Program-made: the position numbers and the translations under genes | Source of the DNA: Planctomycetota bacterium | GTDB lineage: Bacteria > Planctomycetota > Planctomycetia > Pirellulales > Lacipirellulaceae | Direction: 5' to 3' | Assembly: GCA_039190745.1 (NCBI GenBank) | Contig: JBCCXZ010000008.1 | Location: 1-64,000, forward strand | Length of the DNA stretch: 64,000 bases | Part shown: positions 39,152-48,668 of the stretch, piece after piece | How the letters are laid out: the number at the start of each line of letters is the position of its first letter | How positions within the stretch are numbered: the first letter of the stretch is position 1 | Notes under the pieces: generated by a model | Database searches by the model: none | What the model saw: the letters and a program-made list of their open reading frames with translations, nothing else | Told to the model about the DNA's origin: nothing

Positions 39152-40243
39152 ATGGGAAACCCGTCCGCCGCCGTCCAGCCGCCCGACCTCGCCTACCTCC
39201 CGCCCCTGCCGCGGGGCGCCCCGCCGGAGATCGGCCTGATCGGCTGCGGCGGCATCACCGAGGTCCACCTCCGGGCCTACCGGCAAGCAGGCTGGCCCGT
39301 GACCGCCCTCTGCGACCTCGACGCAAAAGCCGCCGAGGCCCGCCGCAAGGGGTTCTACCCCAGGGCCCGCGTCACCACCGATCACCACGAAATCCTCGCC
39401 AACCCAGCCATCGGCGTGGTCGACATCGCTACCCACCCCGAGGCCCGTGGCCCGCTGATCGAAGACGCCCTCCGGGCGGGCAAACACGTCCTCAGCCAGA
39501 AGCCGTTCGTCACCGACCTGGAGGAAGGCGAGCGGCTCGCCGACCTCGCCGACGAACTCGGCCTGCTGCTCGCGGTGAACCAAAACGCCCGCTGGGCGCC
39601 GCACTTCGCGTACCTCCGCGAAGCAGCTCGCGGCGGGTTGATCGGCTGCCCCATCGGCGTGCACGCCGCCGTCCACTGGGACCACAGCTGGGTGGAAAAC
39701 TCACCGTTCAACGAGATCGAAGCGTTGATCCTCTACGACTTCGGCATCCACTGGTTCGACTTCATCGCCACCGTCATGCAGGGCCAGGAGCCGCGACGCG
39801 TCTACGCTTCCAGCCGCCGCACGCCCTACCAAACCGCCAAGCCGCCGCTGCTCGCGCAGGCCGTCGTCGAGTACGACCACGCCCAAGCCACGCTGGTGTT
39901 CGACGGCAACACGCCCGCGGCAACGTGGGACGCCACCGTCATCACCGGCGAACAAGGCATCGTCCGCAGCGAAGGCGTCGACATCAAGCACCAGAGCGTC
40001 CGCGTCTCGACCGCCCGTGGGGTCGCCAAGCCGCGGCTCAAGGGCAAGTGGTTCCCCGACGGCTTCCGCGGCGCGATGGGCGAACTCCTGCAGGCGATCG
40101 AACAAGGCCGGCAACCCTCGCACAACGCACGAGACAACCTGGCGAGCCTCGAGCTCTGCTTCGCCGCGGTCGAGAGCGCAAACACCGGTCGGGCGGTCGT
40201 CCCGGGGAGCATCAGAAGGCTCCCAAAGCAATCCAACGCCTAA
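39152..40243 (+). CDS. Gfo/Idh/MocA family oxidoreductase
   Basis: IGLIGCGGI, AGKHVLSQKP, NQNARW, DFGIHWFD. Confidence 0.9.
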   Translation: MGNPSAAVQPPDLAYLPPLPRGAPPEIGLIGCGGITEVHLRAYRQAGWPVTALCDLDAKAAEARRKGFYPRARVTTDHHEILANPAIGVVDIATHPEARGPLIEDALRAGKHVLSQKPFVTDLEEGERLADLADELGLLLAVNQNARWAPHFAYLREAARGGLIGCPIGVHAAVHWDHSWVENSPFNEIEALILYDFGIHWFDFIATVMQGQEPRRVYASSRRTPYQTAKPPLLAQAVVEYDHAQATLVFDGNTPAATWDATVITGEQGIVRSEGVDIKHQSVRVSTARGVAKPRLKGKWFPDGFRGAMGELLQAIEQGRQPSHNARDNLASLELCFAAVESANTGRAVVPGSIRRLPKQSNA

Positions 40244-41394
40244 GCCGCTCGGAGCAGAGCCTCCGGCTGACGGCCGTACAGCGCGTCGAGCACGACCGCG
40301 GCGATCTCGCCCGCGGCGTCCGGCTGGGCCATCGAACGCATCGACGCCGCCATCCGGCTGCGTAGCCGGTCGTCCGTCATCAAGGGCGCCATTTCCCGGG
40401 TGAGCAGCTCGGCAAGCGGCTGTGCAGAGAGCTCGTTGACAACCCGCGCCGCGCCGGCCTCCTCGAAGATCCGCGCGTTCGCCCAGTGCTCGTCCGCCCT
40501 CCCGCCGGCGTAGGGCACCAACACCGCCGGAAGCGACGCCAAAGCCATTTCTGAGAGCAGCGTCCCGCCTGGACGGCCGATCAATAGGTCGCTGGCGAAG
40601 CAAACCGAAGCGACCTCGTCGATGTAGGTCACCACCAACGCATCGACCCCGGCGTCGCGGTACCGCTTCTCCGTCTCCTGGAGCTGCCGTTCACCGGTCT
40701 GGTGGACGATCTGCCAGTCTCGCGCCGCGGGCCCCATCGCCGCGAGGGCTTCTGGGACCGACTCATTGAGCGACCGCGCACCGTCCACGCCGCCCATCAC
40801 TAGCAGCCGGCGACTCGGCCCACGCCAGTCCGCCGGGCGGGCGGCGCGACGATCCTCGCGGGCTTCGTGCAATTTGAGGAACGACGGCCGTGCCGGAGCA
40901 CCGGTCACGAGGCTCTCCGCTCGCATCTGCAAGTGCGGCCGCGCCTCTTCGTAGGCCAAGCAAATCGTGGCCTCGGTCGCCGAGAGCAACCGCGTGGCCC
41001 GCTCGGGCAATGCGTTCCGCTCGAGCACCACCACCGGCAGCCCGCGCGAAAGACCCGCCCGGCAAACGGCCGTGCTGGTCGAGCCGCCCAACCCGACCAC
41101 GCCTGAAACCCCTTGCTCCCGCAGCAGCCACCTAGAGGCGCAGAACCCCAGCAGGTTGTCCGCCACGTAGCGCACGGCCTCCAATGTCCGTTCGGGAGTG
41201 CGGCTAGCCGGCAGGGCCGCGTAGTGATAACCGGCGGCCCGCACGCGGTGGAGCTCGGCGGTCTTCCCCGGCCCCGCAAAGGTAATGCGGCACCGCGGCA
41301 TCAGCCGGGAGAGACGCTCCGCCACCGCGATCCCGGCCGAGAGGTGACCGGGGGCGCCGCCCCCGGCGAACACAACGTGCGGGTCACAAGGCAT
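40240..41394 (-). CDS. murG: MurG-like glycosyltransferase (GT28), divergent motifs
   Basis: FAGGGAPGH, VVGLGG, LERNALP, GGVDGARSLN, VHQTG, RPGGTLLSE, LVPY...HWANA keep the MurG motif order, with substitutions. Confidence 0.75.
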   Translation of the reverse strand: MPCDPHVVFAGGGAPGHLSAGIAVAERLSRLMPRCRITFAGPGKTAELHRVRAAGYHYAALPASRTPERTLEAVRYVADNLLGFCASRWLLREQGVSGVVGLGGSTSTAVCRAGLSRGLPVVVLERNALPERATRLLSATEATICLAYEEARPHLQMRAESLVTGAPARPSFLKLHEAREDRRAARPADWRGPSRRLLVMGGVDGARSLNESVPEALAAMGPAARDWQIVHQTGERQLQETEKRYRDAGVDALVVTYIDEVASVCFASDLLIGRPGGTLLSEMALASLPAVLVPYAGGRADEHWANARIFEEAGAARVVNELSAQPLAELLTREMAPLMTDDRLRSRMAASMRSMAQPDAAGEIAAVVLDALYGRQPEALLRAA

Positions 41395-41660
41395 CGGCGG
41401 GGTCCTCGCACCGGCGCCGCCTGAGCGGGCCGCTGAATCCGCTGAGTCGCCGGGGCAGCACAAGGCCGCCCCGGCGCTCAGGCGTGAAGTCTCATCGCGA
41501 AGCACCCAGTCCAGCAGCAGACCCAGAAGCCGCCGCACTGAGCATCAAGGCTCCAACCCCAGGGAGGGCGGCCCGTCGGACCCCGCAATCCAACAAAGCC
41601 AACGATGAGACTCCAATTATGGTTCCAGTGTTTCCTTCAACAGCATTCCCGAAAGGTGGA

Positions 41661-43133
41661 TCAAGCCACCAGCTTCAGCGTGGTTCGTTCGCGGCCGTAG
41701 AGCAGGTCTCGCAACGTCTCGACCTCGCCGTCGGCCTGCTCGCCAAAACCGCCCGTGGGCGTTGAGGCGCTCCCGGCGATCACCACCACGTCGCCCGGCT
41801 CCGCTGCGGTGACGGCCATCGCAATCGCTTCGCCACGGTCGGCAGCGACCTCCATGCACGAATCAGAATCCCGATTCTCAATGTCGATCCGGCGATTTCC
41901 CGCGGAGGTCAGGATCGCCAAATCAGACATCTTGTTCAGCACCTGACGGAACGCGGCGCCCTTTGAGCCCGGCCCGCTGGCCTCGGGGCCGGCGACGCAA
42001 ATCACACGACCCTCGGCAAGTTGTTTCGCGGTCCGCAGACTGGCCCGGACGCCGTCCAGCGTCGAAGCCGAGTCGACGAATACCGGGAAGCCCTGACCGC
42101 AGTCCACCCGCTGCATCCGTCCGGGCAAGGCGTCGACTGCTTCGATCCCCGCGGCGATGTCGTGGAGGTCGATGCCTAAGGCGAGAGCAGCTGTCGCGGC
42201 CGCCAGGCAGTTGTAGATGTGATGCGTCCCCACCATGCCGGTGCGGACGGCTGCCGATTCCCTGCCGACCGTGAGCACAAAGTACTGCTCGCTCGAATGC
42301 TGCTCGAACAACTCGGCGGTTACCTCGGCGCCGTTGCGTATGCCGTAGGTCAGCGCCGGGCCGTGGTAGTCGCTGATCCAACGCATCGACTCGGCGTCGT
42401 CGGCGTTGAGCACGGCCAAGCCGTCACCTGAAAGGAGGTCGAGCAGACGCCGCTCGGCCTGCCGGTAGTTGCGCACCGACTGGTGCACCTCGAGGTGGGC
42501 CTGCGTGATGTTCGTCACGCACGCCACGCTGAGCTCGATGCCGGACCAGGCCGCCTGGCTCAGGCCGGGGCTGCTGATCTCGGCCACACCGTGGGTACAA
42601 CCGGAAGACTCCATCGCCGCCAGTTTGGCCGCGAGCTCCATCGGGTCGGGCACGGCGGCGACGGGCCGGCCGTGAGTCATGCCGTCGTAGCTGCCAAGGC
42701 CGTTGAGCACGCCTGCGCTGCCGCCGGAGCGATCGATGATCGACTGCAACAAGGCCGTTGTCGTGGTCTTGCCCTGCGTGCCGCCGACGCCAATGGTCGG
42801 GAGCCCGCGTGTCGGGTTTCCAACCAACGCCTGGCACAGCGCTCCCAGAGCGGCCCGTGAGTCGGGCACGACATAAACCGGGCGGTGGAACACGGGCACC
42901 TGCTGCTCGCACACCACCGCCGACGCGCCGCGTGCAATCGCACGGGTGGCGTCCGCGTGGCCGTCGTGCAAGCCGTCGTCAAGGGCGACGAAAGCATCGC
43001 CGGGCCGCACGGCCCGCCAGTCGGTCACGCACGCGGGGACACGAGCCCCAAGGGCGCCGGTCTTGCGTGTATTGGGGAAGAGGTCGTCGAGCGCAACGCC
43101 CAACGCTGGGTCTTGATCCACAGGATCAGCCAT
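41661..43133 (-). CDS. murE: MurE-like Mur ligase, divergent C-terminal domain
   Basis: RBS AAGGAGG; DWRAVRPGDAFVAL, GVGGTQGKTTT (P-loop), EISS, TNITQAHL, LNADD, PGRMQRV, DRGEAIAMAV. No DNPR motif. Confidence 0.75.
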   Translation of the reverse strand: MADPVDQDPALGVALDDLFPNTRKTGALGARVPACVTDWRAVRPGDAFVALDDGLHDGHADATRAIARGASAVVCEQQVPVFHRPVYVVPDSRAALGALCQALVGNPTRGLPTIGVGGTQGKTTTTALLQSIIDRSGGSAGVLNGLGSYDGMTHGRPVAAVPDPMELAAKLAAMESSGCTHGVAEISSPGLSQAAWSGIELSVACVTNITQAHLEVHQSVRNYRQAERRLLDLLSGDGLAVLNADDAESMRWISDYHGPALTYGIRNGAEVTAELFEQHSSEQYFVLTVGRESAAVRTGMVGTHHIYNCLAAATAALALGIDLHDIAAGIEAVDALPGRMQRVDCGQGFPVFVDSASTLDGVRASLRTAKQLAEGRVICVAGPEASGPGSKGAAFRQVLNKMSDLAILTSAGNRRIDIENRDSDSCMEVAADRGEAIAMAVTAAEPGDVVVIAGSASTPTGGFGEQADGEVETLRDLLYGRERTTLKLVA

Positions 43134-43327
43134 CCGCAAGCCTCCTTGCCTGCGTCGGAAAACCAATTCGAGCCAGCCAACAGACCAACCCGAAACAGCC
43201 TCCGAACTGGTTATGCGGCAGACATCCGTGCCCGCCGTTGTGCCGCAGCTGCTCGGGTCCGTGAGCGTTCTGGCGGCGTGTCCAAGCAGCCGGGAATTGC
43301 GGGCCGACAACTCGAACGCCCGGGATT

Positions 43328-44317
43328 ATGGCGAAGGCTGAAATCGGGTCAAGACGAATTCCGTTGCCAGCACCCCGCCTGCGGAAACCGGCATCTGTGT
43401 GGACAGCGATTGCAGATTACCCAGACAATAACCGCATGGATGCAGCAGCCATGGTTGACAGCCGAGTCCGACGATCGCACCCGGAACCCTCGAAGGTCGA
43501 GGCCTGGCTGGTCGGCCCTTGGCGACGGGGCGAGTTTCGCTGCGTGAGGCCGGAAGCCGCCCCGGGCGAACAGTGGTTCGAACTCGATCGCATCGAGGCG
43601 GCTGAAGACGCGATCGCGGCGGGTCAACTCCCACAACCTTTGGTCTTGCTGCTGGCAGCGCCGCGACCGGACTGGACGACGCCCGCCATGCTAGAGAACT
43701 TACTCGCAAGGGCCCCGCTTACACGCACGGTAGTCGTCGCCGGCTCGTGGTGTGAGGGCGAACTACGCACCGGAAGAGCCTCCGCCGGCGTCCACCGCGT
43801 GTACTGGCACCAGTTCCCCGCTTGGTGGCGCCGCAGCAGGAGCCGGATCGAACAGGGCTTGCCTCCGCTGTGGTCGTACCCGCCCGGCATGCCCGTTAGC
43901 GAGTCGCTGTATCCTCCGACGGAAACGCGGTCTGTGCTCGTCTCGGCGCCTGACTACGCCGTGTTCCAAACACTGCGCGACACGCTCGCCCCCCAAGGGC
44001 TGTCCTGTGAATGGCAACAGTCGCCGACAAACCGGCGGCCCGACAGCGACCACTCTCCCTATACTGCCACTGCCGAAACCTATGCCGCGGGCATCGTCGA
44101 CGGCGGCCAACTCGACGCCCGCGACTCGCAACGCCTAAAGCATGCCCGGCAGATCCTCGGCGCAGCGGCCCCGGTCACGCTGTTGCTCGACTACCCCCGC
44201 GCCGAGCACCTGGCTCGATCCGCGGAAGCAGGCGCTACCACGGTGCTCGGCAAGCCCTATGGACTGGACGACCTTATCGACTCCCTGCAGGTCACCACGC
44301 CTCCCCGAGCAAAGTAA
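43328..44317 (+). CDS. Hypothetical protein with receiver-like remnants
   Basis: Divergent from the murE-like gene. GSWCEGELRTG motif; C-terminal AGATTVLGKPYGLDDLI resembles the end of a receiver domain. Start may be ATG ~43436. Confidence 0.6.
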   Translation: MAKAEIGSRRIPLPAPRLRKPASVWTAIADYPDNNRMDAAAMVDSRVRRSHPEPSKVEAWLVGPWRRGEFRCVRPEAAPGEQWFELDRIEAAEDAIAAGQLPQPLVLLLAAPRPDWTTPAMLENLLARAPLTRTVVVAGSWCEGELRTGRASAGVHRVYWHQFPAWWRRSRSRIEQGLPPLWSYPPGMPVSESLYPPTETRSVLVSAPDYAVFQTLRDTLAPQGLSCEWQQSPTNRRPDSDHSPYTATAETYAAGIVDGGQLDARDSQRLKHARQILGAAAPVTLLLDYPRAEHLARSAEAGATTVLGKPYGLDDLIDSLQVTTPPRAK

Positions 44318-45047
44318 GGAGGATCTCCCGCTCCCAGCCCGGCTCGTGAACCGGCCAGCACCGCACCGAAGCAACGCCCGAGGGCAGCCCGAGCGCGTCG
44401 ATCTCCACCGCCTCACCCAAAGAGCGGCAGCGACGCCAGCAACGCTCTTCGGCGTCGGCGAGCCGCGGCGGCCGCCCCCAACCGCCGCCCGATCCCCCGC
44501 TCCCTCGTCGCCAAGTGACTCGTCCGCCGTCGAACAGGGTCACGATCGCCGCCGGCCCCGCCAGCAGCATCTGCCGGGCGATCAACTCGTGACTCGCGGT
44601 CGCGTACCGGCGTTTCAGCCAAGCCAAGTCCCAGCCGCACCGCCGGCCGTCGGGAACAAACCACTCCGGCGGAAGCAGCAGCAAGCCCGCCAAGCGATTC
44701 GCGACCCACTCCCGGGCGTCGGCGGCTTCCTCTCGCGGCGCAGCGCCGAGCAGATCAAACACCCGCTCGGCAAACACCTCACCCAGTTCGTGTGCCACTG
44801 CCCATTGCCGCCGCTCGGGGCGGGGTTCTTCTGCCAACAGGATCGTCTCGCCCCCGGGGCGACCGCCCATCGCCACGCGCTGGGCCCGCGGCGAGGCGTC
44901 CCTCCCCTGGACGACCGCGATCCCGAGCTTCTTCGCCAGGGCAAAGGAGTCGACCGGCGGAGCCACTGCGCCGGCTTCGGCGAGCACCTCGGCGGCGCAC
45001 GCCTCGCAAGCGGCGGCGATCTGCTCTGGCGGGTAGTCGGTGAACAT
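44292..45047 (-). CDS. ImmA/IrrE (DUF955) family protein with HELGE variant motif
   Basis: PPVDSFALAKKLG, RPERRQWAVAHELGE, REWVANRLAGLLLLP, YATASHELIAR. Confidence 0.8.
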   Translation of the reverse strand: MFTDYPPEQIAAACEACAAEVLAEAGAVAPPVDSFALAKKLGIAVVQGRDASPRAQRVAMGGRPGGETILLAEEPRPERRQWAVAHELGEVFAERVFDLLGAAPREEAADAREWVANRLAGLLLLPPEWFVPDGRRCGWDLAWLKRRYATASHELIARQMLLAGPAAIVTLFDGGRVTWRRGSGGSGGGWGRPPRLADAEERCWRRCRSLGEAVEIDALGLPSGVASVRCWPVHEPGWEREILLTLLGEAW

Positions 45048-45179
45048 CGTGCCTCACCAAATCCAAATAGTGTACATGCGTACCTTAATTGCGATGCGGC
45101 CGCTCGGCAACCCTTTCTTGGCCGCGTTTTCCGCGACTGGCGCCACTCCCCTCCTGCAAACACCGCCGCACTTCCCCGC

Positions 45180-45208
45180 TTAACGCCGGCGGCGCCGCGG
45201 CATAGAAT
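45180..45208 (+). promoter_or_regulatory. Putative sigma70 promoter of rimO
   Basis: TTAACG-N17-TAGAAT about 50 bp upstream of the ATG at 45260. Confidence 0.4.
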
Positions 45209-45259
45209 GCGGGACTGCCCAAACACGCCTCCCAAAGACCAACAGAAGCAAACCCGCCG

Positions 45260-46639
45260 ATGAGCCAGCAGCTCGCCCAGCCCCAGCTCGACGAACCCAA
45301 AGGTCGTTACGCCTTCGTCAGCCTCGGCTGCCCCAAGAACCTTGTGGACAGCGAGCGGATGCTCGGGCTGCTGCAGATCGACGGCTACCAGCTCGTCGAC
45401 GACCCGCGCAACGCCGACTTCGCCGTGGTCAACACCTGCGGCTTCATCGAGCAGGCCCGGGCCGAGTCGTTCTCCGTCATCGACGAGATGCTCGAGCTCA
45501 AGCGGGGCGGCGACCTCCGCGGCGTTATCGTCAGCGGCTGCTTGGCCGAACGCCAGAAGGAGTCGCTCCTCGAAGATCGGCCCGACATCGACCACCTCGT
45601 CGGCGTCTTCGGCCGCGAAGAAATCACCAAAGTCGCCGACCGACTCATCGGCCGGCTCGAAGAGCAGCGGACCGTCTTCCAGCCCGCACCGATCAACCCC
45701 CTGCCCGACCGCTCGCGGCTCCGCGTGACGCCGAAGCACTTCGCCTACCTGAAGATCTCCGAGGGCTGCGACCGGCTCTGCACGTTCTGCGCAATCCCCG
45801 GAATGCGCGGCAAGCACTTCAGCAAGCCGATCGAAGAAGTCGTCGCAGAGGCCGCGGAACTCGCCGCCGACGGCGTCCGCGAGCTGGTGATCGTCGCACA
45901 GGACACCACCTACTACGGCATCGACCGCTACGGCGAGCCCCGCCTCGCAGAGCTGCTCCGCAAGCTGGAGGACGTCCCCGGCCTCGACTGGGCCCGGCTG
46001 ATGTACTTCTACCCCATGTACATCTCCGACGAGTTGCTCGAAGTGATCGGCGGCTCGTCGCGGATCGTCCCCTACATCGACATGCCGCTGCAGCACGCCA
46101 ACGACACGATGCTCAAGCGGATGCAACGCCGCGTGAACCGCGCCGACACCGAAGACCTGCTCCACCGCATGCGCGAGGCGATCCCCGACCTCGTGCTCCG
46201 TACGACATTCATCACCGGCTTCCCCGGCGAGACCGACGCCCAGTTCGACGAGCTCGAGCAGTTTGTCCGCGACCATCGGTTCGAGCGTATGGGCGCGTTC
46301 ACTTACTCGATCGAGCCCGGCACGCCGGCCGTGAAGCTGCCCGACCACCTGCCGGACGAAGTCAAAGAAGAACGCCGCGATCGGCTCATGGCCGTCCAGC
46401 AAGAGATCGCCTTCGAGTGGAACGACCGCCAAGCGGGCCGGCGCCTGCCGGTGCTGATCGACGGCCCCGTCCCCGAGCAACCCGGCGCCTGGATCGGCCG
46501 CACCTTCGCCGACGCCCCGGACGTCGACGGCTTGGTGTACGTCTCCACTGCGGAAAAGGCCGAGCTTGTGCCCGGCGAGTTCGTCGAGTGCGAGATCGTC
46601 GGCAGCCAAGGGTACGACCTCATCGCCGCCGCGGTCTGA
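45260..46639 (+). CDS. rimO: Ribosomal protein S12 methylthiotransferase RimO
   Basis: [36 protein letters not shown] (radical SAM CxxxCxxC), [15 protein letters not shown] (TRAM). Confidence 0.96.
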   Translation: MSQQLAQPQLDEPKGRYAFVSLGCPKNLVDSERMLGLLQIDGYQLVDDPRNADFAVVNTCGFIEQARAESFSVIDEMLELKRGGDLRGVIVSGCLAERQKESLLEDRPDIDHLVGVFGREEITKVADRLIGRLEEQRTVFQPAPINPLPDRSRLRVTPKHFAYLKISEGCDRLCTFCAIPGMRGKHFSKPIEEVVAEAAELAADGVRELVIVAQDTTYYGIDRYGEPRLAELLRKLEDVPGLDWARLMYFYPMYISDELLEVIGGSSRIVPYIDMPLQHANDTMLKRMQRRVNRADTEDLLHRMREAIPDLVLRTTFITGFPGETDAQFDELEQFVRDHRFERMGAFTYSIEPGTPAVKLPDHLPDEVKEERRDRLMAVQQEIAFEWNDRQAGRRLPVLIDGPVPEQPGAWIGRTFADAPDVDGLVYVSTAEKAELVPGEFVECEIVGSQGYDLIAAAV

Positions 46640-46671
46640 GCCATAGAAGATGCATACCGGCGGATTCCTTT

Positions 46672-46734
46672 TGTAGGAGGCCTCTCCGAGGCCGATTACG
46701 GTCAACTAGGCGAAGCGAAGTCGGCCCTCCCACA
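46672..46734. repeat. GTAG-type REP-like palindrome
   Basis: TGTAGGAGGCCTCTCCGAGGCCGAT ... GTCGGCCCTCCCACA; related unit at 48544-48616. Confidence 0.65.
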
Positions 46735-46750
46735 GCGAGAACCAGCTTTC

Positions 46751-47389
46751 ATGAGTTCCTCTGATTCCACCGCCCCAGCGTCGGGCAAGCTGTGGAACGT
46801 CCCCAACCAGATCACCACCGCCCGCATCGCGCTGGCGCTGGTGATGTTCGCCGCGATGGCCTTCGGCTGGTACGGCTGGGCACTCGGCCTGTTTATCGTC
46901 GCCGCCGGCACCGACTGGATGGACGGCTATTGGGCACGCAAATACAACCTCATCACCCAGCTCGGCCGCATCCTCGACCCCTTTGCCGACAAGCTCATCA
47001 TCTGCGGCGCGTACACCTTCCTGGCAGCCGTCCCGCCGCTGGCCGACGGCACGCGGCCCTCGGGCGTCGCGGCGTGGATGGCCGTGGTTGTCCTCGGCCG
47101 TGAGTTGCTCGTGACCGCGCTCCGCAGCTTCATCGAGCAGCACGGCGGCGACTTCTCCGCCCGCTGGGTCGGCAAGTGGAAGATGGTGCTGCAATGCGCT
47201 GCGGTGGCGTGGAGCCTCTACGCCCTCACGCACCTCGCCCCCGGCGGCGACCGGTGGCAAACCGAGCCCGCCGCCTGGCTCACCACGGGCCTGCACGCCG
47301 TGGTCTGGTCTTCGGTGCTGCTGACGCTGTACTCCGGCGTAGAGTATGTTCGTGCAGGAGCCAAGGTGCTGCTCAAAGCACCAGACTAA
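46751..47389 (+). CDS. pgsA: CDP-diacylglycerol--glycerol-3-phosphate 3-phosphatidyltransferase
   Basis: NVPNQITTAR, TDWMDGYWARKYNLITQLGRILDPFADK, GRELLVTALR, GKWKMVLQ; follows rimO. Confidence 0.93.
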   Translation: MSSSDSTAPASGKLWNVPNQITTARIALALVMFAAMAFGWYGWALGLFIVAAGTDWMDGYWARKYNLITQLGRILDPFADKLIICGAYTFLAAVPPLADGTRPSGVAAWMAVVVLGRELLVTALRSFIEQHGGDFSARWVGKWKMVLQCAAVAWSLYALTHLAPGGDRWQTEPAAWLTTGLHAVVWSSVLLTLYSGVEYVRAGAKVLLKAPD

Positions 47390-47419
47390 TAACCCTGCAA
47401 GACAACTGTGAGTTACTCA

Positions 47420-47554
47420 ACCACCAAAAAAGACGAGGCAAGCAAAGCAAGTCAAAGAAGGATCGGAACACTAATCTCCGCTAATCCTCACTAATCTGAT
47501 TAGCGGTCATTAGCGACGATTAGTGTTCCTAAGATTTCTTTCTTATCTTGGTGG
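47420..47554. repeat. Nested palindromic REP-like element: inner CTAATC triplet hairpin at 47465-47529, degenerate outer CCACCAA/TTGGTGG arms
   Basis: GGAACACTAATCTCCGCTAATCCTCACTAATC-T-GATTAGCGGTCATTAGCGACGATTAGTGTTCC, homologous to 17104-17168. Confidence 0.8.
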
Positions 47555-47571
47555 ATCACTTACGGAGTAGC

Positions 47572-48465
47572 ATGCCCGACGCACCCGTCTTGACCGTTCG
47601 CGTCCTCTACCTGGCTTGCGGCTGCGCCAGTCTGCTCGCGCTGTTCTGGCTCTTCCAGCGGCACATCGGCGGCTACCGGCTGCTGCGACCCGAGCCCCGC
47701 CGCCCCGTGCCGTGGGGCCCCGAGGCCGGGCTGCTCGTCGTCGGCTGGATGATGTTGATGTTCATCCCCAAGCTGCTCGGAAACGGCACCGGCTCCGAAG
47801 ACTTCTCCGATGAGCAGTTCATCCGCACCGGCTGGGCCTCCGCCGCGGTGATGATCGCCCTCGCCCTCGGCGGGCTCGCCGCGCTCGGCCCCGTCTACGG
47901 GGCCACGCGGCGCGACCTCGGCCTCCCCGGCAACACGGCAGAAACCGCACGCGACCTGTGGATCGGCTTGGTCGGCTGCCTCGCCGCGCTGCTGCCGGTC
48001 TACGGCGTCCTTATCACGCTGAAGCTCGCGTTCCAACCCGAAGAGGCCCATCCGCTGCTCGAGCGGCTCGCCACGCAGTCGTCGCCGGGCCTGTTCCTCA
48101 TGGCCTACGTCACCGCAGTGATCGCGGCGCCGCTCTTCGAGGAATTCACCTTCCGACTCATCTTGCAGGGTTGGCTAGAAAAGCACTTCGCCGGCCGAGG
48201 CGTATCCCCAGTCGAGGGAGAACCCGCCGAGGACGCCGCCGCGCCCGCCACGTACATCCCCCAGAGCTGGGCGCCGATCGTGGTCTCCAGCACCCTGTTC
48301 GGCCTGGCCCACTACGGCCACGGCGCCGACCCCGTGCCGCTGATCCTCTTCGGCGTGGTTCTCGGCTACCTCTACGAACGCACGCACCGCATCCTGCCGT
48401 GCATCTTCGCCCACCTCGTCTTCAACGGCATCTCACTCGCGGCGCTGTGGTCGCGGATTGCGTGA
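47572..48465 (+). CDS. CPBP (CAAX/Abi) family intramembrane glutamic endopeptidase
   Basis: APLFEEFTFR, LFGLAH, CIFAHLVFN; multiple TM helices. Confidence 0.88.
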   Translation: MPDAPVLTVRVLYLACGCASLLALFWLFQRHIGGYRLLRPEPRRPVPWGPEAGLLVVGWMMLMFIPKLLGNGTGSEDFSDEQFIRTGWASAAVMIALALGGLAALGPVYGATRRDLGLPGNTAETARDLWIGLVGCLAALLPVYGVLITLKLAFQPEEAHPLLERLATQSSPGLFLMAYVTAVIAAPLFEEFTFRLILQGWLEKHFAGRGVSPVEGEPAEDAAAPATYIPQSWAPIVVSSTLFGLAHYGHGADPVPLILFGVVLGYLYERTHRILPCIFAHLVFNGISLAALWSRIA

Positions 48466-48479
48466 GCGTCGGTATGAAA

Positions 48480-48660
48480 ATCGCAGAGGACGCACAGTGC
48501 ACAGAGACAAACAATGCACAGAGACAAATAGGAGAGAGATATCTGTGAGAGGCCTCTCCGAGGCCGATAACGTGTTCCTCTTCGGAGCGAAATCGGGCTC
48601 AGAGAACCCTCCTACAGAATTCTCTAGCTCTCTCTGCGACCTCCGCGCCCTCTGCGGTGA
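48480..48660. repeat. Nested palindromic element: outer CGCAGAG-type arms enclosing a GTAG-type REP doublet
   Basis: Outer ATCGCAGAGGACGCACAGTGCACAGAG / CTCTGCGACCTCCGCGCCCTCTGCGGT. Inner TGTGAGAGGCCTCTCCGAGGCCGAT...ATCGGGCTCAGAGAACCCTCCTACA. Short direct duplication TGCACAGAGACAAA. Lies between convergent genes. Confidence 0.75.
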
Positions 48661-48668
48661 ATCCTGAT

